A stretch of DNA of 64,000 nucleotides from Rubripirellula sp. (GCA_965216875.1 OZ244207.1:5568001-5632000); one strand, 5' to 3'; positions 29,168-39,167 are shown, counted from the first letter of the stretch. Numbers and translations: made by a program. Notes: generated from the sequence alone by a model not told the origin.

Positions 29168-31261
29168 TCACTGATCCTCGGCGGCTTCGTAGGAAACCTT
29201 GCTCACATCGACACGAATTTCTTCGAGTCGCGTTGCGACATCCTCGGGCATCGACTCCTGAAAACGGCCGCCAATTTGAGCTGCCAAGAAGCGTTCGATT
29301 TCGGCATACATCGCCATCCGATTGACCGGTTTGGCAAACCCATGTCCTTCGTCATCGGCCAACAAATAGCTGACGTCATGCTTCTTCTCGCGAAGGGCGA
29401 CAACAATCTGATCGGCTTCGGCCTGCTTCACTCGCGGATCATTCGCTCCTTGAACAATCAGCAGCGGCTTGGCGATCTTGTCAGCACTGAACAAGGGACT
29501 CGCTTCGCGAATCAGCTTCTTGCCTTCCTCGGTTTCGGGGTCGCCCACCATGCCATACAAAAAAGCTCGACCAGCTTCCCAATACGGTGGAATCGATTCG
29601 AGCAAAGTGAAAATGTTGCTCGGACCGACGATGTCGACGCCGCACGCATAGGTTTCTGGCGTGAAGGCCAGACCCGCGAGCGTGGCGTAGCCCCCGTAAC
29701 TACCGCCCATGATCGCAACCCGATCCTTGTCGGCAATTCCCTCGTCAATCAGATGCTTGACACCCCAGGTGATGTCATCTTGCATGAGCTTGCCCCATTG
29801 CAAGTCACCCGCATTGAGAAACTTTTTGCCGTATCCGCCACTCGCCCGAAAGTTCGGCTGCAGCACTGCGTAACCTCGATTGGCCAGGAACTGGACCAGC
29901 GCGTTGTAGCCCCAACCATCGCGCGGTCCTTTTGGGCCACCATGCACCAAGACGACCACAGGCAAGTTCTCTGTTTCACCGCCAAGTGGCATCGTCAAGT
30001 AAGCCGGAATCTCCAAGCCATCACTGCTGGCGTATCGGATCGGCTCCATCGACGCCAACGCCTCTTCGACTTCCTTCAATTCGGGGCGTGGCGTGTATTG
30101 ATGAATCAACTCGCGGGACCGAGCATCAAAGTACCAAGCCTCGGCTGCATACTTGTCGCCATGCACCGCCACCAAGAACTGGCTGTAGTCTTTTGTTGCA
30201 CTTTGGAAGGCGACCTCTCGCCCGGGAAACTTCTCTTGCAAGAACTTGTAGTTCGCTTCCCACGTTTTGTCTCGCCAGTAATACCGAGTCTTGTTCTCGG
30301 TGTAGGACGTAGAAATGACCTCGCGTGTGTTGCGATCGATCCGCAAACCACCAAAGTCAACGCGCCCGTCGGGATCACTCTCGAGCTTTTTCTTTTCCTT
30401 GGTCTCGGGATCAACGATGAAGAGTGTGCTTAGGTCGAGTTCCCCCTTGTTCGTCACCAGATAGAAGTTCTCGTTGGTCGCATCCCAACCACGCACCCCT
30501 GCGTTTTCGGTCACGGATGTCTCGTAGATTGGCACCAACCCGTCTTTGTCTTTGCGAAGCCACGTTGTGTTGCCAGCCGGATCGGTTCGGGTGAGCAAAC
30601 GCAGCGTATCGTCCCAGTCGAACTCGTAACCGGTGATGCGATCTTCGTTCTTGTAGAGCAGCGTCAGTTCACCGGTCGAGATTTTGAGTTGGTAGAGATC
30701 GTGCCAGGCCTTGTCTCGATCATTGAGCCCTACCCACAACAAGTCGGGATCGTTTTGGCTCGCGTGAACGATTTGCGCCCGGACCTCTTTCATCGCCGTC
30801 AGGTTTCGCGACTCAGGAGTCTCCTTGCCCGATGCTGGCGCTGCAGCTGGATCGACGGCGAAAAGGTTGATGTTCTCATCGCCATCGGAATCCTTCACGA
30901 ACAGGATGTACTTACCATCCTCGGTCCACGTGTATCCATACAAGGGTCGAGCGCTGTCGGTCAGAGGGCGAGCGTTTTCGAACGGCTCCGAGAATTCCTT
31001 GACCCAAACATTCATGATTCCTTGATACGGTTTCATGAACGAGATGTATTTGCCGTCCGGGCTCAACTGCCCGGCAGCGATTTGTGGATTCCCAAAAAAG
31101 AGGGAACGAGGCAACAGCGGCACGTCTGATTCTCCGGCTTGCTTGTCAGTGGCCTCGGCTGTGTCCGAAACCTGAGCGCAGCTTATACCCGATCCCGCAG
31201 TCGTTGCCAGCAGCAATGCTGCGGCCGTTGTCCAACGCATGATTTTCATGAATCCGTACAC
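29168..31261 (-). CDS. S9 family (prolyl oligopeptidase-like) serine peptidase, exported
   Basis: [21 protein letters not shown] nucleophile, [14 protein letters not shown]; start may be ATG 31249. Confidence 0.93.
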   Translation of the reverse strand: MYGFMKIMRWTTAAALLLATTAGSGISCAQVSDTAEATDKQAGESDVPLLPRSLFFGNPQIAAGQLSPDGKYISFMKPYQGIMNVWVKEFSEPFENARPLTDSARPLYGYTWTEDGKYILFVKDSDGDENINLFAVDPAAAPASGKETPESRNLTAMKEVRAQIVHASQNDPDLLWVGLNDRDKAWHDLYQLKISTGELTLLYKNEDRITGYEFDWDDTLRLLTRTDPAGNTTWLRKDKDGLVPIYETSVTENAGVRGWDATNENFYLVTNKGELDLSTLFIVDPETKEKKKLESDPDGRVDFGGLRIDRNTREVISTSYTENKTRYYWRDKTWEANYKFLQEKFPGREVAFQSATKDYSQFLVAVHGDKYAAEAWYFDARSRELIHQYTPRPELKEVEEALASMEPIRYASSDGLEIPAYLTMPLGGETENLPVVVLVHGGPKGPRDGWGYNALVQFLANRGYAVLQPNFRASGGYGKKFLNAGDLQWGKLMQDDITWGVKHLIDEGIADKDRVAIMGGSYGGYATLAGLAFTPETYACGVDIVGPSNIFTLLESIPPYWEAGRAFLYGMVGDPETEEGKKLIREASPLFSADKIAKPLLIVQGANDPRVKQAEADQIVVALREKKHDVSYLLADDEGHGFAKPVNRMAMYAEIERFLAAQIGGRFQESMPEDVATRLEEIRVDVSKVSYEAAEDQ

Positions 31262-31459
31262 CCCGAATGAAGAGAAATGGAAATGTGCGAGCTTTGTTCG
31301 CCGCGCGACCGAGTTTCTTGGCGACGAGGGTTGAGGACTTGGCCACCGTTGTCAATGCCGGACGTTTTGATGAACCACCATCGCAACATCAGCCGCGCCC
31401 GCAAGATTGTGATGCATGGGACAACCTCAACTCTTTTCACAACGCTGAAACTTAACCCG

Positions 31460-31499
31460 TGCCGGATCTGTGTCGCTGTCGCCCCTTGATCCGGCCTAC
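31460..31499 (-). repeat. REP, GTAGGCCGG family
   Basis: Reverse complement GTAGGCCGGATCAAGGGGCGACAGCGACACAGATCCGGCA matches 6063-6103. Confidence 0.75.
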
Positions 31500-31515
31500 G
31501 GGCCGGCATCGACGC

Positions 31516-31931
31516 TCAAACCCAGAGGTCTCGGTCGAGGGAGCGGTAGGCGATCGCTTCGGCGAGGTGCACGTCTTTGATGTCGGCTTCGCCTTCGACA
31601 TCAGCGATCGTTCGAGCAACCCGCAAGATCTTGTCGTGCGCTCGTGCCGAAAGGCCCATCTCTTCGACACTGTGGCGCAACATCTGCGTGCACGTTTTGT
31701 CGAGCTTGCAGAACGCGCGCACATGTCGGCTGGTCATTTGCGCGTTGTATCGCACAACCAACTCGCTGCCATTTTCGTTTTCAAACCGGTCGGCCTGAGT
31801 CACACGCGCGGCCATCACCTGCTCGCGCATTTGTTCGCTGCTCGTTCCCCCTTTCGACTCGGACGACAGTTCCTCAAACGGCACCGCGGGAACTTCGATG
31901 TGCATGTCAATTCGATCCATGAGAGGGCCGC
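31516..31931 (-). pseudogene. comM: 3' fragment of ComM/YifB Mg-chelatase-like ATPase, interrupted
   Basis: GPLMDRIDMHIEVPAV...SSEQMREQVMAARVTQ..YNAQM..GLSARAHDKILRVARTIADV..HLAEAIAYR; resemblance stops just upstream of GPL and the N-terminal two thirds are absent from the window. Confidence 0.9.
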
Positions 31932-32452
31932 CACTGTGTGCAACTCCATGGAATTGAATTCGCGAAGATTAGGTGGGGAGTAGCGGCGTAAGGTCCAAGA
32001 CTACTGCAATTTGATAGCAGGCCTCGTGCACTCCCAATGCCTAGCGTTCGGACGCCACCTTTTCTGGCCTGCCCTGTAGGTTCAGTGTTGTGTTCGCCGT
32101 TGAGAACGGAGGTTCGCAATCGAGTTACGGACGACCGCACAATCGGAATTCGGTACGCCTTCAAACAGTCCGCCATGCGGGTGTGCCGATAAGCACAATG
32201 CTGATTGGTACCAGCGTGTTTGCTCGGTTATGTACCCTGTGCCGGGCAAGCAGTGGGATGACTGCTTATTTGCCTGAGCGGTCCCCATTTACCGTCCGCC
32301 CAGGTATCACAAGTGCCCTTGGAGTGCCTGGGCGGACCCATTTAGTCCACGGGTGACCACAGCGAATCTGAGGTTAACGGATATCTCGCTCAGCGTTGGC
32401 GATCAATGAATTCATCAGCACGTTACGTCCAATTGTCAACGTGCTGTGCAAC

Positions 32453-32483
32453 CCGTCCACTCACACGAGTGGGCGGTTTTTTT
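32453..32483 (+). terminator. Intrinsic terminator-like hairpin
   Basis: CCGTCCACTC-ACAC-GAGTGGGCGG-TTTTTTT. Confidence 0.7.
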
Positions 32484-32625
32484 GTATGCGCCGATACACT
32501 GGCATGCAGTCCTTCGCAAACGAGAAGGTTGGCGACAAAACCGCACCGAGCATGATTGGTTGGCGAATCAAGAGCCGACACCATTAGTACACATGCGTGT
32601 CAATGACGCGCCGTGTGTTGTGCGG

Positions 32626-32662
32626 GCCGCCGGGATTGCTCACAACGTCCCGGCGGCTTTTT
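32626..32662 (+). terminator. Intrinsic terminator-like hairpin
   Basis: GCCGCCGGGA...TCCCGGCGGC-TTTTT. Confidence 0.7.
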
Positions 32663-32687
32663 CGTTCGCGATCTGTATCTAGCGATT

Positions 32688-33236
32688 CTACGAAGTCTGA
32701 ATCTCTGAAGCGTTCTTTGCACCTCGTGACTTCAAAAACGCAACAACGTTAGCATCTTTGGTGTAGTCCAGCGCAGAGAACAGTACGGTCTTGTCACCGT
32801 AAAGGGGATAAAGGCTGTTGACGTTTACCCCAGCTGCGACGAGTTTCTTGACAAGCCTTAGTCTCAATTCAGCGGACTTGCGTTGATTAAGAGCACTGAT
32901 GAGTGGCCGGCCGATGTCAACGTCTGCACCTCGCTCGAGCAGCAAGTCAACAATCTCTTCTTGATCCTCACGAATTGCGGCCACGAGCGCCGTAGTCTTT
33001 TCGGGCAATCGCATCACGTTAATGTTGAATCCGTGATCCAGAAGTGCTCGAACAACACTAAGGTGTCCCTGACGAGCCGCTTCCTGGAGATTGGGGGCAG
33101 ACTTTGAGTTGTCACCTTCTTCCGCCAATTCGGGAAACTCACGACACAGGCGTATGACTTCCTCAGTTTGGCCGCGAAAAACGGCAGCTCCCAGTTGGTT
33201 TGGTGGCGCTAACATTCTCTTGTGATCTAGTGACAT
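32688..33236 (-). CDS. Ankyrin repeat protein (possible orphan immunity protein)
   Basis: LQEAARQGHLSVVRALLDHGFNIN, TALVAAIREDQEEIVDLLLERGADVD, VKKLVAAGVNVN. Confidence 0.88.
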   Translation of the reverse strand: MSLDHKRMLAPPNQLGAAVFRGQTEEVIRLCREFPELAEEGDNSKSAPNLQEAARQGHLSVVRALLDHGFNINVMRLPEKTTALVAAIREDQEEIVDLLLERGADVDIGRPLISALNQRKSAELRLRLVKKLVAAGVNVNSLYPLYGDKTVLFSALDYTKDANVVAFLKSRGAKNASEIQTS

Positions 33237-33260
33237 AATGTGCGACGTGGCTTTCTAGCC

Positions 33261-33496
33261 CTAATCGTATCGCGGTTTGCTTGGCTCCGTTGAAGTGGGT
33301 GAATGGCTTTCTCTGCTTTCGCTACAAAGAACAAGATCTCTCAGCTGTAACGTGGGCAATCTCACAAACGGGATACCGGCCAGGAGCGATGCAACTAATA
33401 GAAACCAAGTACGGCAAACACGACTCGCGATAGAAACGCCGTCAACACAAACACGGCCAGCGCGAACAGAAAGAACACAACATCTCTAATGGACAT
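33261..33496 (-). pseudogene. Possible frameshifted small membrane protein
   Basis: MSIRDVVFFLFALAVFVLTAFLSRVVFAVLGFY* continues in another frame as WFLLVASLLAGIPFVRLPT...KPRYD*. Confidence 0.35.
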
Positions 33497-33843
33497 GGTT
33501 CTATTGTCGATGGTCACCAACTGTCGCATCAACGTTTCTCGCGGACTGTGTGAATCTTAATATTCGCGCCGCGAGCGTCGTGCCGATGCCAAACAAGTCA
33601 CGGTGCTGCCCTGCACTGTGTTGTTGCTCTGCCGCCCAGGGTCACCACCCACGACTCTGGGCGGCTTCACTTCGCAAACACCCAACGTGTTTCGCTTCTC
33701 GGAAAAGTGCCGCTGTTCAGTGTTGCGACGACGCAATCGGGCAACTTACAACTGAACAGATCGGCAACCGCCATTTGCGTACTAGGGGCATGGACGCTGC
33801 TGGCGTCGCCGGTCCTGGATTGAGGTCTCGCGGCCTCCGTCTT

Positions 33844-33882
33844 GCCACGCGGTCATTCCACTTCCGGCCGCGTGGTTTTTTT
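33844..33882 (+). terminator. Intrinsic terminator-like hairpin
   Basis: GCCACGCGGTC...GGCCGCGTGGT followed by a T run. Confidence 0.65.
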
Positions 33883-33997
33883 GTTGGCTACTTCCTGTTT
33901 GGCTACTAATCGTCACATGCGATACTTTCGGCCGCACGAAGCTGCTTCCCAATCCATACAGCTTCGTCGCTGCTCGTTCTGCCTTACGAGCGGTCCT

Positions 33998-34029
33998 GCC
34001 CCTTTCAGTTCTGCTGTGAGGGGTTTTTT
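33998..34029 (+). terminator. Intrinsic terminator-like hairpin
   Basis: GCCCCTTTCAG-TTCTG-CTGTGAGGGG-TTTTTT. Confidence 0.6.
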
Positions 34030-34059
34030 GTTGACCACTCATCACATGGAGGGCAATCG

Positions 34060-34182
34060 TTGCCAGGGGCACCACGTGAACGCACGAAGTGGAAACGAAC
34101 ATTCTGGGCTGTGGTCATACTCATTCAGGTCTTGGTGATCGTCTACCTCAGCATCGTGATCATCTACTTGTCCCTGGCCTGA
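34060..34182 (+). CDS. 40-aa single-TM peptide (below the ORF track cutoff)
   Basis: GGAGGG 6 nt before TTG; MPGAPRERTKWKRTFWAVVILIQVLVIVYLSIVIIYLSLA*. Confidence 0.55.
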   Translation: MPGAPRERTKWKRTFWAVVILIQVLVIVYLSIVIIYLSLA

Positions 34183-34478
34183 AAGCCTCGCACCATCGCC
34201 CCACCTGGGCCACTACAGTTTCTCATTGATCAAGCCTGACAGATCGCAACAATCGGTCACGCGGACACAACACACTCCCAGTCCGTGGCCACGTGATCAT
34301 TCAGCCCGGTCGCGTGGCACTTCTCTGGCCGCGTGATCAATCTGCTAGGTCACGCGGCCTCTTTGGCTCTGTTGCATGGAATCACAGGAACCGTTCAATT
34401 GGTCTTGGACCGACTGGCTTGTCATAGCCGTCGGTGGTGCCGTGTTCGCGTTCGCAACGCTTTGGATGGGCTGACCCC

Positions 34479-34664
34479 ATGAACCCTTACGAGCCCAGCC
34501 CCGCCCCATCCGAACCCGAGCCGCCCAAGCGTCGCCGCCGATCGGACGAACTGTCTCTGTCGGAGTGGGCCGTTGTCGCTATGGTTCTTGCCGTGATGGG
34601 CTTCGCGGTGTTGATGGGTGTGCGAGCACTTGAGCTAATCGTTCTTAACCTTAAGCCTGCCTGA
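34479..34664 (+). CDS. Small single-TM protein with N-terminal NPY motif
   Basis: MNPYEPSPAP..RRRRSDELSLSEWAVVAMVLAVMGFAVLMGV. Confidence 0.65.
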   Translation: MNPYEPSPAPSEPEPPKRRRRSDELSLSEWAVVAMVLAVMGFAVLMGVRALELIVLNLKPA

Positions 34665-34982
34665 TTCAACTCCTACCCCTCGCTCAAATCCGCGTTCGCC
34701 ATCGCGAATATGAACGGCAATTGCTCCATTCTCTCGCACCGTTCCTTGATAGTCGTTGTATTCAGGGTCGACAATCACGACCTCTGCCGGGTTTGTCAGG
34801 GCGATGCAGCAATACTCGTTGCCATCTTTCTGAACGCTCAACGATTGCAGACGCTTACCATGCTCTTGCTGCCAGGCATCGATTACGTCAAACAGCCCTC
34901 GCATCGAATCCGCTGCAAAGTAGAGCACGTTGCGTCGATTCCTCTTGATCGCCAGTTGTCTTTCTTCCGCCTCTTTTGACAT
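34635..34982 (-). CDS. Hypothetical protein
   Basis: MSKEAEERQ..RNVLYFAADSMRGLFDVIDAWQ..LQSLSVQKDGNEYCCIALTNPAEVVIV; AAGGGA upstream. Confidence 0.7.
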   Translation of the reverse strand: MSKEAEERQLAIKRNRRNVLYFAADSMRGLFDVIDAWQQEHGKRLQSLSVQKDGNEYCCIALTNPAEVVIVDPEYNDYQGTVRENGAIAVHIRDGERGFERGVGVESGRLKVKND

Positions 34983-35014
34983 GCCGAATCCCTTGATGAG
35001 TTTCGCCCGCGCAC

Positions 35015-35054
35015 AAAAAAAGCACCCAAGCACGGGGTAGAAGTGCTCGGGTGC
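35015..35054 (-). terminator. Intrinsic terminator-like hairpin in a gene leader
   Basis: Minus strand GCACCCGAGCAC-TTCTACCCC-GTGCTTGGGTGC-TTTTTTT. Confidence 0.7.
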
Positions 35055-35081
35055 CTACGATGGGGCAACATCGATGTGGGT

Positions 35082-35109
35082 AATCTAGCAATCGTGGAGG
35101 CAGTGTCAA
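35082..35109 (-). promoter_or_regulatory. Candidate sigma70 promoter
   Basis: Minus strand TTGACA-N16-TAGATT. Confidence 0.55.
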
Positions 35110-35214
35110 TTATTTTTGAATGGCAAGGTGAGAAGCCGTTCAGGTGTTGAACGCCGCCAGCAGCCGCCGCATTATGGATTCAGGCAACAACCATCACTCA
35201 CCAAGGGGCACATC

Positions 35215-36186
35215 ATGAAGTGGCAATCCGCTGGCCTGTATGTTCTTTCGCTGGTCTTTCTCTCAGCACCGGCGACGGCCGAAACCACCTACACCGCGAT
35301 GTTCTGGAACATCCACTCTGGCAACTCGGAAGCGGCAACTATCGGCCGGAACATGGCCGAGAAAGGGAAGGTCGATTTGTGGGGGCTTTCAGAAGTTCCG
35401 TCTGATCCCGCGTTTTTGGCAGCGTTGGAAACTAGCATCGAAACGGCAACGGGAATTGACTACGTCACCAAGATGTCAAACGTTGGCGGCGAAGATCGCT
35501 TAGCGATTCTTTACAACGCTGATCGACTGGAATCTGAACCGTACAGCGGTGACTACACCAGTCCGCTTGAAGACCTTGGCGACAACTTCTTCGAAGTGAC
35601 GGACGTCAATAGTTCGAACACCGTTCGGCCGTCACTCGGCATTCAGTTGCGCGGCGATGGCCAGTCGATCATAGTATTGGTTAACCACTGGAAGGCATCA
35701 GGCGACAGTCGTAGCCGCGGCATTCGCGTTGACCAAGCCGAAGCGACAAACACCTTCATCAGTCGGACGCCTGGCACCCCTATCGTCATCGCTGGCGATC
35801 ACAACATCCCGATCAAGGACAACGGCACTGGCCAGCAGCAACGGGCATTTGAAACGCTTACCCGGAAAGCAGATTACCTTGTGCCCAACAACTCCCGCCG
35901 GAACGTGGGGACATTTCGTAGCGGTAGCGTGTTGGACTCTGTCTTCGTTGCCAACGATCACCCCGACTGGGAATCGGAAACAACGATCATGAACCGGGTT
36001 GGCAACATCCCGGCTCGATCACGGCGGTTTCGCGACAACTCAAGGACCGCCGATCATCGACCTTTGCGGCTGGTGATTCGTAGCGATCGTGATTCAAGGA
36101 TTGAAGCTCTGGAAGAGCGGATAGCGCTGACCCTTGAGCTGCTCGAGATGCTTGAAGAGCAGCTGGCGGATTTGCGAGGGGAGTGA
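35215..36186 (+). CDS. Exported endonuclease/exonuclease/phosphatase (DNase I-like) protein
   Basis: Signal peptide ATA|E; FWNIH, WGLSEV, RLAILYN, RPSL, VNHWKA, IAGDHN, LDSVFV, ADHRPL. Confidence 0.88.
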   Translation: MKWQSAGLYVLSLVFLSAPATAETTYTAMFWNIHSGNSEAATIGRNMAEKGKVDLWGLSEVPSDPAFLAALETSIETATGIDYVTKMSNVGGEDRLAILYNADRLESEPYSGDYTSPLEDLGDNFFEVTDVNSSNTVRPSLGIQLRGDGQSIIVLVNHWKASGDSRSRGIRVDQAEATNTFISRTPGTPIVIAGDHNIPIKDNGTGQQQRAFETLTRKADYLVPNNSRRNVGTFRSGSVLDSVFVANDHPDWESETTIMNRVGNIPARSRRFRDNSRTADHRPLRLVIRSDRDSRIEALEERIALTLELLEMLEEQLADLRGE

Positions 36187-36247
36187 ATCCAGGCCGGTAC
36201 CAGGAACACTACATGTAACTTCGAACGCTCTATTGTGAGGACTCACC

Positions 36248-36561
36248 ATGCGTATCGCCTTCGCGCTCACTGTTGCTTTGACGTTCCTTGCAAGCCCGTC
36301 CTGACAACCTACTCCTTTGGAATAAAGCTCAAAGATGGACGAAAGTACGAAGCGGATGGCGTTGCATTCGACTGTGGTTCCGATGTTTCGCGGAGGCTGA
36401 AGTGTGACGTGTGGGCAACCGTTTATGCGAAACTAAGGGCTGACAATGGCCCGCCCGCGATGGTGCGTGTGCGAGAATGTGGTTACACGCTTGACTGGGA
36501 TCACTTGGAGTCGTTTTCTTGGTCAGGGCCAACATGCCACCCGGAACGTCCCGATCCTTGA
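36248..36561 (+). pseudogene. Probable frameshifted small exported protein
   Basis: GAGGA then ATG 36248 encodes signal-like MRIAFALTVALTFLASPS*; a plausible mature part (TYSFGIKLKDGRKYEADG...) is in another frame. Confidence 0.45.
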
Positions 36562-36694
36562 TCCGGCCGGCAGCCGCTGGCAACGTTCGTGGGGCATGAA
36601 CGCTGCTGGCGACTTCCCAATCGACGTAACCGCACACCGTCCGCTCGCGTGGTCTCGCTTTTTCGTGAAGTGAACGACTGACAACGACCTCATG

Positions 36695-36757
36695 AGCGTC
36701 GCCGCCGATCGGACGACCTGTCTCTGTCGGAGTAGGCCGTTTTCCTGCGGTGATGGG
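36695..36757 (+). repeat. Degenerate direct copy of 34528-34600
   Basis: 47-bp core matches 34528-34574 at 45 positions; TGG has become TAG; similarity resumes after a short deletion. Confidence 0.85.
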
Positions 36758-36944
36758 TGGGTCACATTTACGAAGCAAGCTTCGGTGAACAAATGCCCTG
36801 TCGCGACAGCCTGCCCAGCCTGTGTATGCTATCAACCAAATTGCGGGGTGCGGCAAAGAGTCTCCCTCACTTTGTGTTAACTGGGTCGCAGTTATCGTGA
36901 AACACGAAAAAAGGCGGGGCACAATCACACCGACCTGTTTGCTG

Positions 36945-37910
36945 ATGTACAAGGCGCACCAAGTTAACTGGCTCTGGTACTTCCCAATTTGGATACTCGG
37001 GGCCATCATCTCGCAAATGGTCACATTTTGGCGATGGATTGGGGTGAGTTGCCGCTGGTTTGATGAAAAGGTCCTCAATCTCCCTGACCCTAGCCACGAG
37101 AGCATCAGCGGATTTAATCTTGCGGCACCAGTGTTTGGTTTGGCACTAGCACAGGCTGGAGCATTGATCATTGCGGCTCAAGGAAAGTCCGGCTCCGAAC
37201 TTTGGGAGCTTGAGTCGTGGAGATGGAACTGGGCGTTGTATATTATCGGGGTCGTTGTCGCACTCGGAACTTTGGGCGGGATGTACTTCTCAACAACGCC
37301 CACAGAAGGAAGTGACGGCGCAAGACGCACGTTTGACGGAGGCACAATTATGGCACTGCGATGGCTCCCAATCTGGGTCGTGTTGATACTTGGTGGTTCA
37401 TCCGTGATGGCATTCAACGGATTGCTGCCAGGACAAGTGCGAGCAACAGTTGAGCCGACACGGTTCTTGAACTCAAGCAACAAGATTACGCTTAGCGTAA
37501 CGCTAGGGGTTGACGACTTGAACAAGAGTCGGGGGCGTATCTTTTTGCTTCTTGCCCATGAGCAAAACCTGGACTGGGACTTGGGGTCTCCCAAGATACT
37601 CAAGCCCCTAAAAGATGAATACGTTTCTCGCGCTGGCAAATGCTACAACTCTCCAGCTGCCAAAACGGGCTCGCAGCCAGCCGAAACGTCGGGCAGTAAG
37701 GAGTTTGACCCAGAACGAGTTCAGCCACGTGCCATTGAAATCTACGTCGTGCAAAACCGAAAAGAGAGCGACACAATCACGCTCCAGGTTCCACTCATTT
37801 ACGATGACTACAGCAACGATGTGCCGGAACCGAGATTTGAGGACATCGACAGCTTAAGAGCGGCGATTGAAAGTGATCCAAGCAGCTACATCAAGGTAAT
37901 CCACTTCTAG
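36945..37910 (+). CDS. Hypothetical membrane protein (about 4 TM plus soluble C-terminal domain)
   Basis: Long ORF with four hydrophobic segments; start uncertain. Confidence 0.65.
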   Translation: MYKAHQVNWLWYFPIWILGAIISQMVTFWRWIGVSCRWFDEKVLNLPDPSHESISGFNLAAPVFGLALAQAGALIIAAQGKSGSELWELESWRWNWALYIIGVVVALGTLGGMYFSTTPTEGSDGARRTFDGGTIMALRWLPIWVVLILGGSSVMAFNGLLPGQVRATVEPTRFLNSSNKITLSVTLGVDDLNKSRGRIFLLLAHEQNLDWDLGSPKILKPLKDEYVSRAGKCYNSPAAKTGSQPAETSGSKEFDPERVQPRAIEIYVVQNRKESDTITLQVPLIYDDYSNDVPEPRFEDIDSLRAAIESDPSSYIKVIHF

Positions 37911-37918
37911 GCAGCAAT

Positions 37919-38530
37919 ATGAGTCAGGTTTGGGCAGTTCTTCTGGCAACAGTGGTTCAGGGACAAACGATAAACTTCGAAGTATGTGTTGAAAACAAAA
38001 AAGGCTGCGAGCCTCTTCGTGTCGGCGAGATCGGACTAGAGGTCGTCACCGCAGCTGGCAAACCAAGGCGCGAGAAGATCAAAATCAAGAACGGCAAGGC
38101 GCGCATTGACGTCAATGACAATGATGTCGAGCTTCGAGATGTGACAGTCCTGCCAATCATTCCTGGTGCAACAGTCCATGAGGGGCAGTGCTTCGCGACG
38201 CGGTTGCGAATCAAGAAACCCCACCCTTTGATCAAGATCGAAGTTGAGCAGGTACCGGAAACTCGCAGCTATCGAGGTGTGCTCTACTCAGTGGAAGAAT
38301 CCGACCACGTCGTGCACGAAATCACTTACTGGAACGAGAGGTTTGAAGCTCGGCCGCGACTTGACCATCGTGGAAGAATCATCGACTACGAAATAACCCA
38401 AGGCCCATGTGTCTGTTGCCCAAACATTGAGATTCCTGGTGACGCCGATGCTATTCCTGAGCCCGTCCCGTTAGTCCTAAGTTCAGTGCCAAGCACCCCA
38501 GCCACGCCAAACCCGGCCACGTCACGCTGA
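37919..38530 (+). CDS. Hypothetical protein, possibly exported
   Basis: ATG 8 nt after the previous stop; short hydrophobic N-terminus; beta-rich. Confidence 0.6.
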   Translation: MSQVWAVLLATVVQGQTINFEVCVENKKGCEPLRVGEIGLEVVTAAGKPRREKIKIKNGKARIDVNDNDVELRDVTVLPIIPGATVHEGQCFATRLRIKKPHPLIKIEVEQVPETRSYRGVLYSVEESDHVVHEITYWNERFEARPRLDHRGRIIDYEITQGPCVCCPNIEIPGDADAIPEPVPLVLSSVPSTPATPNPATSR

Positions 38531-38615
38531 ACGCAAACCGAATGAACCGCGGCCGCTCGGGAATCTCGGCTTCAAGCAACCGCCGAGGATTCTCAGCGTT
38601 AAACATCGATGTGGT

Positions 38616-39167
38616 TCAGTTCGCGTACTTGGCATCCATGAATGAGATGCGAACAAACGTGGTTTCCACACTGTTGCCATTGCTTGCAGACACCACGAAG
38701 CGAAATCCCTTAAGATCGAACTGACGTTCGGCAGGTCGGCTGCCGGGCTTTGCCTCTGCGATCGCAGCGTCTATTTCGTCTTTGATCACTGAATTGGCCC
38801 GCATAGTGATTGCGGTTGGCGTGCTTGACCATCGCTTCCAAACATCCGTTGCCGAAAGCGGCGTGAAGCCGGCTTGATCGAAGTCGGCCGTGAAGGTTGA
38901 CCAAGTGATTGGCGAAACGGCGATCGCCCATTCAGATGACGTGCAGTTTTCGCGGACCCGATCGAGCAAAAAGACCGTGTCGTAGTCATGCGTTGCGCCA
39001 GCAGTTTCGTCTGCTTGGTCGACGGGCATCCCTGGCATTGTCTCAGTCGGCTCATTCGGATCGGCGACGTCTGCCACGACGTGACTGGGCATAGCGGGCT
39101 GTTCTACCCTACATCCAAGGGTGATTATTAGAGTGGATGCGAAAAGAATTGTCGCTTGACGGTTCAT
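38616..39167 (-). CDS. Hypothetical lipoprotein
   Basis: MNRQATILFASTLIITLGC lipobox; GAGG upstream. Confidence 0.7.
   Translation of the reverse strand: MNRQATILFASTLIITLGCRVEQPAMPSHVVADVADPNEPTETMPGMPVDQADETAGATHDYDTVFLLDRVRENCTSSEWAIAVSPITWSTFTADFDQAGFTPLSATDVWKRWSSTPTAITMRANSVIKDEIDAAIAEAKPGSRPAERQFDLKGFRFVVSASNGNSVETTFVRISFMDAKYAN

Noticed and set aside
31907..32356. Integrase or excisionase at the island edge
   Set aside because: The short ORFs here show no recombinase or HTH motif that I can recognise.
36329..37171. 280-aa minus-strand ORF
   Set aside because: Overlaps a better-supported plus-strand membrane gene and a repeat remnant; composition is not protein-like.
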